A DNA stretch of 64,000 nucleotides from Octopus vulgaris (taxonomy: Eukaryota): assembly GCA_951406725.2 (NCBI GenBank), contig OX597822.1, positions 107,818,001-107,882,000 on the forward strand, written 5' to 3'. The position numbers and the translations under genes were made by a program. Under the pieces are notes generated by a model. It saw only the letters and a list, made by a program, of their open reading frames with translations. It did no database searches and was not told the DNA's origin. Of this stretch, positions 27,900 through 39,589 are shown one piece after another; within the stretch, counting starts at the first letter, position 1; the number at the start of each line of letters is the position of its first letter.

Positions 27900-28520
27900 T
27901 ACATTGGAAATAAGAAAACCATTCAGGAGCGCGACACGCAACTCAGCAGACTGCATAGAGCCAACTGTCTATCCTATTATGCTCTCTACCGGAATGTGGT
28001 CCGGGGTTTCTGTATATGTAGCACCACGCTGCCCTATATATGTAGCATCCTATATATGTAACACCATGCTGTGCTAATTAGTACTCTACTATATATGTTG
28101 AGATTGAACAGATATATATGGGGTCTGAAAAATGTTTTGATTCTTAGAAAAACAGCCAAGATGTGTTGAGAAGAAGCTTATTGTTCTTTTTTCAAACTAG
28201 CTTTTCAAGCACAATTGAATGTCTTACTTGCATGCCTTTCACGTTTAGGACAGGGAATTGCATCTTTTTTATGCTACAAGATTGGCACGACTTTATTTTA
28301 AGATTTTAGAGGTCTTAGATTATAAAATATTGGTAGATATTGTGCTGTGTGTTTAGCTCGCGTGAGGTGACACATGGATCCAAACGGTGAGCGAAGAATA
28401 AAAAGTGGTATCGTCAGTGTAATTGGGAGCGTTGCTGTAAGTTTGGCTAAATAGTTCGTTCATAGACAGAAGTTGGAGAGTGGTGACAAAAATCAGCATT
28501 TGATGGGAATAAATTAATAA
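27900..28520 (-). pseudogene. Highly decayed L2/CR1-group LINE RT fragment
   Basis: Minus strand gives LSP..., NYTDDTT (YADD-like) near 28400-28425 and later EY.../DHI..RA-like C-terminal traces, with many stops and frameshifts. Confidence 0.5.
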
Positions 28521-29295
28521 GTTTCGCATTAAGGAAACTTTAATGCATTAATTTTTTCAGACATAGTTTACGTCAGAATTAAATATGTGTCCTTCTCTTT
28601 TTAAAATTTCGTAGGTTGTGATTTTAGAGAGATTTAGGAGTTTGCTTTTAGTGGGTGCATTGGCCTACAAAATGTCTGCAGGTTGTGTTTAGAGATTGAG
28701 TGAAATAGAAGACGCAATAATCAGCATTTGATTATCATAAATTCCTGCTGTCAACTAGAAACGTTTAGTTTAAATGGAATGGAAACACATGGCTGTGATA
28801 GTGCACAACATATTAGAGACAGGGACAGTGTATGGGAATTACCATTCCATTCAGTTGTGCATTAAGTCAGTAATGGAAGTTAAACAAGTGGAACGTTGGA
28901 ACGGAAACCGGACTGCGGCCGTGGAGAACTGCGAAAACTTTTTTCAGGAATATAATTTAGAGCTCAGTCATGAATATGAATATAATAATTTCAACTGTAA
29001 GGTAGAAAATTAAATAAGATACCAAACAAAAAAAAAACAAAAAACAGAGCAAAAATAAACTGAAACAGAATTATGAATATTTTATTTGTTGTTTCTAAAT
29101 TATATTTGGTCAGTCAAACCATACCGTAAATTATCATTAAAATACAATTTAATAGACATTTACTCCACCTCAGACATCGGGAATTGGAATCAAGGCAACA
29201 TGAGTACAGGTATATCGTGAACATCTCTTCCATCCATCGTAAGATGACTGTAGACAAAATACCACCAACGCGACCATAGCCATCTCGACTCCGAC

Positions 29296-29580
29296 GACGA
29301 TGACCACCAAAACCATCACCACCACCACCACCATCACCACCACCATCACCATCACCATCACCACCATTAGCACCACCACCACCACCACTATCACCACCAC
29401 TACCACTGACAACAATAGGAACACCAATTTTACTACCGCCGCCGCAACAACTACGACCATCACCATCATGACCACAACCACCAAAACCATCCCCACCACC
29501 ACTAAGTACAAGAACAAGAACAACAGCAACAGCAACAACAACGACAACAACAACAAAAACAACAACGACAACAATGACCG
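29296..29580. repeat. Compound (CAC/CAT/CAA)n trinucleotide array
   Basis: Seen directly. Confidence 0.9.
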
Positions 29581-30228
29581 CAAAAAATAAGAAACTCTGT
29601 CATCAGCCTTTAGAAATGTCTAGAGAACGAATTTCAAGCAAATGACAGGTGATTGTGTGATGTCTAGGCAACAACAAAAGTCTTGGTTTTTGTCTGTTTG
29701 AGATAAGAGGACCTAAATTTAATTCTATTGTCTTCCATTATTCAGACTTTGTTTTTCGTCTTGGAATTGTCTGAAATATTACTGCATTTGTAATGAAAAC
29801 ATTTCTTCGGTTGGTTTTTATGTACTTCTCTCAACATCCTTCAATGTCTGCCACTGTTTCTAAAATAGCGTTGTCTTTCTTCTCTGCTAACCACTTTCTG
29901 TCTATATATAAATACATATGTGTACTTGTGCTGTGCGTGTGCATGTGTGTATGTGTGTCTCACGCCTCTCTCGCTAAGTGTCTATGTGTATATCTTCATT
30001 TGCTATTATAAATCTATGCATTTTTTCCGAGCGTCGTGCTCTATAATGCTTAATAAAATCACTCATGTACGTGTATAAATACCTACATGTGTGCACGTAC
30101 ACACACACACACATACACACACATAAGAGAATAGCAACATTAAACTCCCTCATTCACCAAATGCCACATGTCAGAAGACCTCCAGCCTGGCCTCAACACT
30201 CGAGCCCAAACTAGTATATATATATATT

Positions 30229-30610
30229 ATATTAAATTAGAGACAAAACCACTATAATGCAAATCAAACAAAGAAAGACTTAAGCCAATACATAAATTAA
30301 TTTATATTATTTAGAAATTTAACAATTATTAAAATCCACTACGATCGTTTCATGTCTTCTTTTATCACATCTTTGAGTAGTAGACATTCTTCAGGTGGTT
30401 TCAAAATATTCTTGACGAGTTTTAAACAATTTATATTATTTCTAAATAATATAAATTAATTTATGTATTGGCTTAAGTCTTTCTTTGTTTGATTTGCATA
30501 ATAGTGGTTTTGTCTCTAATTTAATATGATATAATATTTTACTATAAAGTTGGATTCAATCCTAAATCTGATTTTTCCCTGTAAGTTTGGATTTATTCCC
30601 TAATATTTAT

Positions 30611-30615
<5 letters not shown>
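30229..30615. mobile_element. Small foldback PLE-terminus element in (TA)n; arms 30229-30318 and 30438-30526
   Basis: ~90-bp near-perfect inverted repeat with a hammerhead in the spacer and ~90 nt of extra tail on the right; same family as 49082-49383. Confidence 0.85.
30336..30398 (-). ncRNA. Canonical type I hammerhead ribozyme
   Basis: ccac CTGAAGA atgtct-(24-nt loop)-agacat GAAAC gatc GTA gtgg: intact core, stem I ccac/gtgg, 6-bp stem II, palindromic stem III ACGATCGT, GUA cleavage triplet. Confidence 0.88.
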
Positions 30616-30699
<84 letters not shown>

Positions 30700-30703
<4 letters not shown>

Positions 30704-32218
30704 TAAGAAAGTTTGTTTGGTAAAGCACGTGGGTGAATATATAAGAAAATAGTAAAGTGTGAAAAAACGACAGAAGGCTTAAATGTTAAAAAATATATAT
30801 ATTTGTGTCAAAATGTCTGGAGAATATTGGAAAAATTTTTTTTCCTCTTTCCTTAAAATGACATAATTTTAAAATTTTTAAAGAAATTACCGGTTTCGCG
30901 TGTAGCTTTTCAAATTTCTTGTGACGTTATGTTTATATTGCATGGAATTATCGTTGTTTTTATTTCCAGGAGATTTCTAAATAAGGGGAGGTAGTGAGTG
31001 ATTTTTTCCGGTGTAGGGGAGATAATCGCTTAAAAATTTTTTTTCCTTTTCCTTGTTAATTTCTCTGTGTCAGTATGTTCGGATGGTTGAGTCTGGGTTT
31101 GTACTTTTCAATGAAGAATGTTTCCTTGTTCAGTCTCATTTGTGTTGATGATCCGAAAGCACATTGGTAAAATGGGAAGATTAAAAATTGTGGCAGTAGT
31201 TGCTTTGCGCATTTCTCAATGTGCTCACTAAAAGGTATCATTCTATATTCTGGGAATGCAATCTGTTGTCGATGCAGTGTGCATCTGCGCCTGAGTGATA
31301 GTCCCGTGGAACCCACGTAGTCTTGGTGGCAGCCCGAGCATTTAATAACATAAATTATGTTTTCAGAGGCACAAGTAAAGTTAGATTTGATCTTAAATTT
31401 CTGTCCCTCTTTAAAGAAGAATTCTGATCCTTCCAATAGGTTAGGACATGTTGCACAGTTCGATCTACCACATTTTTTTACTTTTGCATCCGTAATTTTA
31501 GAAGACAATTTTGCCTTTGTGAGAATCTTTTTAAGTGATTTAGGCTGTTTGTAGCTTTTAATGATTTGGTGTATGTTTAGAATTTCCTTTAATTTTGGGT
31601 TTTTATGAAGTATTGGTAAATTCTGGGTGATGATGGTGAAGGCTTCTTTGTTTCTGGGGTTGTATGTAGATATGTAAGGTAGTATTTTCGGGGAAGGTGT
31701 GTTGTTGTGTTGAACTTTTCTTAAAGTTTCTATGTTGATTTCTGTTGCACGTCTGATCCCATCCTCTATGAGTTGAGCTGGGTAATGTCTGTCAATTAGG
31801 GTGTTTTTGAGTTCTTGCAGTCTAAAGTTCCTGGTATTTTGTTCTGACACTATTGTGCATATCCTTCTTGCAAGGTTGAAGGGGATGTTTGTTTTAGTGT
31901 GTCTTGGGTGGCATGAATTAAAAGAAGGTATTGTTTGGCGTCTGTGGCTTTGTAAAAAATGTCTGTTTCTATTTTAAGGTTAATTTTTTTAATTAGTTTA
32001 TCCAAGAACGGGAGCTCCTTTTGGTTGTATTCCATTGTGAAATGTATATTTGGGTTTATGCTGTTCAATAGGTTTTTAAATTTTAGGAGTTTATCTATGT
32101 TTTCATTCCAGAATGAAACAATCGTCTAGGAATCGTTTCCAATTCTCTTTTATGTATTGAGAGAGGGAGTTTCCAAAGATTGATAGAGATTCCTGGTAAA
32201 TGATTATTTCCATGTATC
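30700..32218 (-). mobile_element. Inverted 3' copy of the adjacent Neptune-type PLE (RT C-terminus, GIY-YIG, 3' UTR)
   Basis: 30739-32218 is the reverse complement of ~34155-35634; ORF 31056..31850 matches the C-terminal part of ORF 34070..35320. Confidence 0.96.
30881..30920 (-). ncRNA. Variant minimal hammerhead motif, inverted copy
   Basis: Reverse complement of 35455-35494. Confidence 0.55.
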
Positions 32219-32219
32219 A

Positions 32220-33061
32220 GAAATAGAGCTTCTAAGACTCAGGACCTCCACAAATGAAGAAAAACTTAAAAGCATAGACGAGGAGATGCACAATCTAATA
32301 CTAAAATATACCGAGGGACAACCCTCGATAATACATTGGATCACTGGAAGGATTCCTGTGAGAGAGAAGAGAGAAATTCTCTCCTACGCTGGGAGAAAAA
32401 CATGGACTTCTTCCAAAAATATAGTGAAACCTTCAAAAATGAATTGGGTACAAATAATCCCTTCCTTAAGAAAATTACAATAAATAAAAAAGAAAAACCT
32501 AACAACCCACGAACAACCCCCAACTATCCTCCATACACTAAAAACAGAAATGACCCACAACCAACCTTTACAAACCACGCTAGACCTAACAGGGAACTAG
32601 CTGAAAGAGGACGCGTCTATGAAAGAAATTACACCAAAAACAGAACAAACCAACAACATCCTAATACCAGACCCAACCACCATACAGCACAATACGACAC
32701 TAGGATAAGAAATACACCACACACAAATCACTACTACCCCATGAACCAAAACTACTGGTCCCCACTAAACACAAGACAAACGCAAAGAAACACTATGTCA
32801 AGCAACATCCCACATACAAGAAGTTCGAAACAAAAATATTCCCCATACAGAAATTTTACACACACCACAAGCATTAACAACCATAGATTCCCACACACAC
32901 ACAACGATCGGAGGCAACAATACCACCACTCCCCCGACCAAATACCACACAACCTCACAGACAACTCATACAAACAAAATTACACCCAACATTTTTTAGC
33001 CAGGGACCAGGGACACCAGGACACAGGCTGGAACCTAGTAATAAGGAAAAACCGAAGATAA
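32220..33061 (+). CDS. Upstream ORF of the PLE: helical N-terminal part, then N/H/P/Q/R-rich low-complexity region; 5'-truncated with a probable frameshift near 32330
   Basis: 241-codon ORF 32336..33061 plus an open frame 32220-32483; it overlaps the RT frame and contains T-TTT-TTA in frame at 32992-32998. Confidence 0.6.
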
Positions 33062-35320
33062 TCAATCTTTCAACCAAACCTCTTTCTAACATAAAAATTG
33101 ACATCCTCGCAAAAGGGCTCAAATTTACACCAACTCCACGCAGAGCAAACCTAAATGAACTCAAGGATAATATAACAGAATTTTGCAGAAAATTAAGACT
33201 AGCAGAAGCATCAAACAGTTTCAATACTGAAGATGAATCACTAGTCAAGAACAAAAGTGAACACATCCCACACAGAGGAAGAAATAAAGATCTTGACGAA
33301 TTCTGTAACCACATTGAGAACTTCCCCTACCATACTATACATAAACAGAAGGCTAACCCAAATTTTAACACTACACAATGGAAAGAACTGATAGAACTCC
33401 AAAATGATGAAGATATAACCATTAAGGAAGCGGACAAGGGAAATGCAGTTGTAATAATGGATACATCATACTACAGAAATCTTGTAATTTCCTTGCTTGA
33501 TGAAGACCTACATTATGAAAAAATTACCAACTACACCCCACAAAAAATAATGAAAACTCTATCTTCACTAATTAAAACCCATGAAAAGGAACTGACAACC
33601 AAAGAGATTGATTTCCTAACAAACTTTAAATGCAAACCTAGCCTTTTCTATGGTCTGCCAAAAATTCATAAAAGTCAAATTATAAATGAAACCATTAAAA
33701 AATCACCAAAGACATACATACACACACCTAATCCGGGGGACCTAAAACTACGACCCATTGTAGCTGGCCCAACCTGTGAAACACACAGACTAAGTCTACT
33801 TATGGACATCCTCTTGAAACCCTTCCTTAAACATATCGATAGCCATATCAGAGATGACTTAGATATGTTAAACCACCTTCCAAAAAAACCAAGGAAGAAA
33901 CAATCCTGGTTTCGTTTGATGTAGTCAACGTGTATACCAGTATACCTCATAATTATGGACTGGAGGCAATACAATTCTGGTTAGACCAATTTCCGGAAGA
34001 AATACCAAAAGGATCAGTAAGGAATTCATTACTAAATCAATTGAATTCATCCTACACAATAACCACTTCATGTTTGACAATACATTTTACCGTCAAAAAT
34101 CCAGAATTGCTATGGGTACAAGGGCAGCACCAGTCATTGCGAACTTAACAATGGGATACATGGAAATAATCATTTACCAGGAATCTCTATCAATCTTTGG
34201 AAACTCCCTCTCTCAATACATAAAAGAGAATTGGAAACGATTCCTAGACGATTGTTTCATTCTCTGGAATGAAAACATAGATAAACTCCTAAAATTTAAA
34301 AACCTATTGAACAGCATAAACCCAAATATACAGTACACAATGGAATACAACCAAAAGGAGCTCCCGTTCTTGGATATACTAATTAAAAAAATTAACCTTA
34401 AAATAGAAACAGACATTTTTTACAAAGCCACAGACGCCAAACAATACCTTCTTTTTAATTCATGCCACCCAAGACACACTAAAACAAACATCCCCTTCAA
34501 CCTTGCAAGAAGGATATGCACAATAGTGTCAGAACAAAATACCAGGAACTTTAGACTGCAAGAACTCAAAAACACCCTAATTGACAGACATTACCCAGCT
34601 CAACTCATAGAGGATGGGATCAGACGTGCAACAGAAATCAACATAGAAACTTTAAGAAAAGTTCAACACAACAACACACCTTCCCCGAAAATACTACCTT
34701 ACATATCTACATACAACCCCAGAAACAAAGAAGCCTTCACCATCATCACCCAGAATTTACCAATACTTCATAAAAACCCAAAATTAAAGGAAATTCTAAA
34801 CATACACCAAATCATTAAAAGCTACAAACAGCCTAAATCACTTAAAAAGATTCTCACAAAGGCAAAATTGTCTTCTAAAATTACGGATGCAAAAGTAAAA
34901 AAATGTGGTAGATCGAACTGTGCAACATGTCCTAACCTATTGGAAGGATCAGAATTCTTCTTTAAAGAGGGACAGAAATTTAAGATCAAATCTAACTTTA
35001 CTTGTGCCTCTGAAAACATAATTTATGTTATTAAATGCTCGGGCTGCCACCAAGACTACGTGGGTTCCACGGGACTATCACTCAGGCGCAGATGCACACT
35101 GCATCGACAACAGATTGCATTCCCAGAATATAGAATGATACCTTTTAGTGAGCACATTGAGAAATGCGCAAAGCAACTACTGCCACAATTTTTAATCTTC
35201 CCATTTTACCAATGTGCTTTCGGATCATCAACACAAATGAGACTGAACAAGGAAACATTCTTCATTGAAAAGTACAAACCCAGACTCAACCATCCGAACA
35301 TACTGACACAGAGAAATTAA
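32992..35320 (+). pseudogene. PLE reverse transcriptase-GIY-YIG polyprotein with two frameshifts in A-runs (~33885 and ~34010)
   Basis: Frame open from 32887 to 33924 with PLE N-terminal motifs, continued by ORFs 33930.. and 34070..35320; adding one A at each run restores PKKTKEETILVSFDV and IPKRISKEFI. Confidence 0.9.
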
Positions 35321-35454
35321 CAAGGAAAAGGGAAAAACTTTTTAAGCGATTATCTCCCCTACACCGGAAAAAATCACTCACTACCTCCCCTTATTTAGAA
35401 ATCTCCTGGAAATAAAAACAACGATAATTCCATGCAATATAAACATAACGTCAC

Positions 35455-35494
35455 AAGAAATTTGAAAAGCTACACGCGAAACCGGTAATTTCTT
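35455..35494 (+). ncRNA. Variant minimal hammerhead motif in the PLE 3' UTR
   Basis: aagaaat TTGAAAA gc-tacac-gc GAAAC cg GTA atttctt: 7-bp stem I, 2-bp stem II, palindromic ACCGGT; the core deviates from CUGANGA at two positions. Confidence 0.55.
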
Positions 35495-35669
35495 TAAAAA
35501 TTTTAAAATTATGTCATTTTAAGGAAAGGGAAAAAAATTTTTCCAATATTCTCCAGACATTTTGACACAAATATATATATTTTTTAACATTTAAGCCTTC
35601 TGTCGTTTTTTCACACTTTACTATTTTCTTATATTTATATATATATATATACACATAAATATATATAGA

Positions 35670-36640
35670 GAGAGAGATTTGAAAAGGAACACACGAGTTA
35701 TATGGAAAAAAAGTCATGGTAGAAAATGCTAAAATAATTTTATAAAATCATTTCAATACCCATTTTAGTCATTGAGACTTTTTCAACTGTGATTATGGAA
35801 AAAAATTAAATTTGGGAAAAATTAAAAGAAAAGCTTTTTAAAAGAATATTTGCATAGTATGCGAATACAAGGAGCATTTTTCCTTGTTTCTGCCTGTCTC
35901 TGTCTCTCTTGTTTAATCTTGTGGTTTCGAGGTCGTTGTGGATTCTTGACAGGGAAGAAGAAGAAGAAGAAGAAGAAGAAGAAGAAGAAGAAGAAGAAGA
36001 AGCAGAAGGAGGAGGAGGAGGGGGCAAAGAGGCGAAGAAGAAGAATGCGTGAGTACCATGATACTAGTAATATGTTAAATAGTCAACTGCCCTGAAAGTG
36101 ACTTGTTGTAGATAATAGTAGTGATTGAATTCTTGAGACATCTTTTTTGAATGCATTTATGTTTGCGAAGGTGTTATTCTAAAAAGAAATAGTAGTAAAG
36201 TGAGGAAGGAGGTGGCGGAGAGGACGAAGACGAAGACGAAGAAGAAGAAAGAGAAAGAGAAGAGGGTATAGTAAGGGAATGCAGGTTGTATGATAATAGT
36301 ACAATGTTAAATGGTCAAGTGACCTAAAATTGGTTCGTTGTGGATTATAGCAGTGATTGGGACTGTTTTTTAATGTATTCTTGGGTATCTCTTTTGAATG
36401 TATCATTTTTAATATTTGTGTATGTGTTATTCTAAGGCCGTGGTGGATATGACCATTGTTGTAGATGCCTTCAAAAGGGGTCTGTATTTTGTAATAAAGA
36501 GGGTCACTTTACTAATTCGTTGGCTACAGGTTGTATCATCCATGAATTGGTAGAGTTTTGCTATTGGTGCAAATGTTGATGTGTTGTCCGAATGTTATTT
36601 TTCTGTTTTTTTAAAATTTTGATCAGGGTGTCAAGTGTAT
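35670..36640 (-). mobile_element. Decayed PLE 3' region facing the Neptune element across (TA)n(GA)n
   Basis: Minus strand has an RQK/RNK-like PLE C-terminal trace near 35870-35940 and a degenerate TTGAAAA agtc-tcaat-gact aaaatgggta motif near 35752-35786; interrupted by (GAA)n. Confidence 0.5.
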
Positions 36641-37310
36641 TAATAAGGCAGCGAACATGCTACACAAATGCGTAGTGGCATTTCGATTATCTTTTCATTC
36701 TGCGTTCAAATGTCGCAGAGGTTTTCTTTGGCTTTTAGCATTTCGGTGTCCATGAAATAACTGCCACTTGTACACTGGGTATGATGTGATCTATTATCAA
36801 TCCTGTGCCAAGAATAGGCGGGATTATTTCAATATTAGGGTTCACACTAGCAGTAGTGGTGTATTATAGAGTCTCAACTAATTTTACTTCTGTCTCCGTC
36901 AGAATAAACATATAAAATAATTCGTATTTCTCTCGGCATTTTTCAAACACGCCAGCCAAGATAAGTTAAAAATTGTCTGAAGTCGTAAGGCACCCACTGT
37001 TTTGTCCTGTTATTACTGTTCTTGTTTTTTATTTCTATGTTTTGTTTCTTGTATTTATATTCGTGTGGCATCCTGTCCTTGTTTCATATACATTCGATCC
37101 TCTTTCCAAGAAATCTAATGCCCGTAGCTTAGTTTTTCTTTGGGGCTGGCCGTATCGGAGCGATATCGAGAATTAATCAGCCGAAATCGCTAAGATGATC
37201 CGGTTCCCGACTGAAGATTAGAGGCCTCGAATGACCCGTCTGTTTTTTTGTGCCGTCTCTTTGTGTGTTTTTGCGTTCATGACCCATTTTGTAATTTATA
37301 TTTAATTTCT

Positions 37311-37352
<42 letters not shown>

Positions 37353-38389
37353 TATATTTTGTTTAACGTATAATGAGTACAGTATATATAATTGTATATA
37401 CGCATTTACATATATTTATGCGTGTGTGTGTGTGTGTGCGTGCGTGTGTGCATATGTGAGTGAGTTACTACTTGTATGTATTGTGTATGTGTAATAAATT
37501 AAGTAAATGACTATTTTAAAGAACGGGGTAAATCGGAACATTTCACTGAAAGAGGAGGTTACAGTTCGAAATCTCTCTCGCGCACTCTCGTCCACACGCC
37601 CTTTCTTTACATAGAAATATACACACATACACCTCACACACATATATATATTAGCTCATAAAAGATAGTTAATATATGGATATAAATATGCATAAAAACA
37701 CATACGCATACATAAATATAGTTATTCAAAATTCAAAGTAGTACAAAAATGAGTTTATATTCATGTATACATAGATATATTTATGTATACATACATACAT
37801 ATACACATATAGATATGTGTCTGTATGGGAGCGTGCGAGTGTGCGAGGCTATATATGTGTGTATTTGGATGTATATGTGTGCGGTGCTTAATTGGAACAA
37901 CTTGTTTCTATGTCTACATGAATTTCGAATAATTTAATCAATTAACATCCAGTAATCTCGTTGAAACACCCAAAATAACACTTCTTTCACAAAACAAACC
38001 GATAGAATTTCCAACTAACTGTTAGTTTGAAGATTATTTGTTCTATTTGAAACGTTCTCTTTATTTAAATCATTAACTCTCATTAAATACAATACTTTTA
38101 AGAATCAAAGAAAACCATACTGATGATCAGCACTTACGTACCTTTCATACTCCCGCGCACACACACACACACAGACACATACGAGTGTCTAGGGAGGACA
38201 AGCATACACACACACGTACACGCTCACACACACACACACACACACATATATAAATATATATTTTATATTATATATATATTATATGTGTATGTATACATAA
38301 ATATATATGTATGTAAATATGTATATATTTATGTATGTATATATGTCTAAAATTTCTATATCTTCAAACTGTCTATTATATATATATAT

Positions 38390-38456
<67 letters not shown>

Positions 38457-38582
38457 AACAGAGTTTGAAGGTATAAACATTTTAGACATATATATATATA
38501 TATATATACAGGGAGAGAGAAAGAGAGAGAGAAAGATAGAGAGAGTGAGAAAGGCGAAGGGAGAGAGCAAGATACGGAGATT

Positions 38583-38636
<54 letters not shown>

Positions 38637-39589
38637 AATATAGATCGCTAAGTAAATAGATATAGATGAAAAGTCAGTTAGATGAACATTATTTATCTGT
38701 CCCTGAAAACCTATTATTTCTTTGTATAAAACTTATGTAAGTAGCTCAAAATGTTGCAGCGTAGATTTTGGTATATTCTTAAATTTTTATTATTTGTATC
38801 AGTGACAATCAGAACGTGAATGTATTAAACGTTGTTGTAATTCGTCATTGGAGAGCAACATCTTTGGGACGAAAGCGTATTCATAGAATATTTTATTCAT
38901 TAGACTAAGGGCACTTTGAAACGTCGGCGTTTCGACATTAACGTGACCCTTCAGTCAAAGCCAAGAGTTGTTGCCTCATCGGACAATAACTCGGTAGATA
39001 TGAATAATTAACCCCATTTAGATCGAAAGATCAGTACTGTTTTGTTCATACACGAATATGGATAAAGTGATATAAAATTTAAATATTTCAATGATTTTGA
39101 ATTCTTGTCATATAACCAACTGGTCACAGGATGAGCGACACTAGTCCACGTCAAGTATAATGTGTACCAAGTAAAATAATTAACAACTCAGATGTACTGC
39201 TTTATATATTTAGTATTTATATATTTTTTTTTATTGGGCGTAAATACCTTTGAAAATTCTTTGCTGTCCTAACTTAATGAATTTTCCAAAAAGTAACATG
39301 TTCTTTAGTACGGTAGATGTATCCAGGACAATTTACCTTGTGTTCAATGTAAATCATGGTGTATGTATCACACTCAAGATTGTGGAGTTCCTTCTTGTCC
39401 TGATTGCGACCCAATATGAAGAATATTTTCTACACTTAGTCTGAAAAATACACGTATTATAATTGACTGCAAAATGTTTACCAGATTCCATGACGCTCCC
39501 GTCTATGTAAACTATATAAAGAAGTCGTTCTGACAGACCGGGAGAAAGGACCAATGGTACGGGTATTCACTGAAATTTCAGCTACGTTT

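Larger units (their letters stand above)
32219..35634 (+). mobile_element. 5'-truncated Penelope-like retroelement, Neptune-type
   Basis: IINLS...KGLKFTPTP, EADKG, FYGLPKIHK, LRPIVA, SFDVVNVYTSIP, AMGT, RFLDDCF, linker CGRSNCATC, and NIIYVIKC..C.QDYVGST (GIY-YIG); the 3' UTR carries a hammerhead-like motif and ends in (TA)n. Confidence 0.96.

Noticed and set aside
29170-29590. Thr/Asn-rich ORF and a possible small exon at ~29176-29209 (AG...GT)
   Set aside because: The ORF is repeat-derived, and the candidate exon has a weak acceptor and no recognisable peptide.
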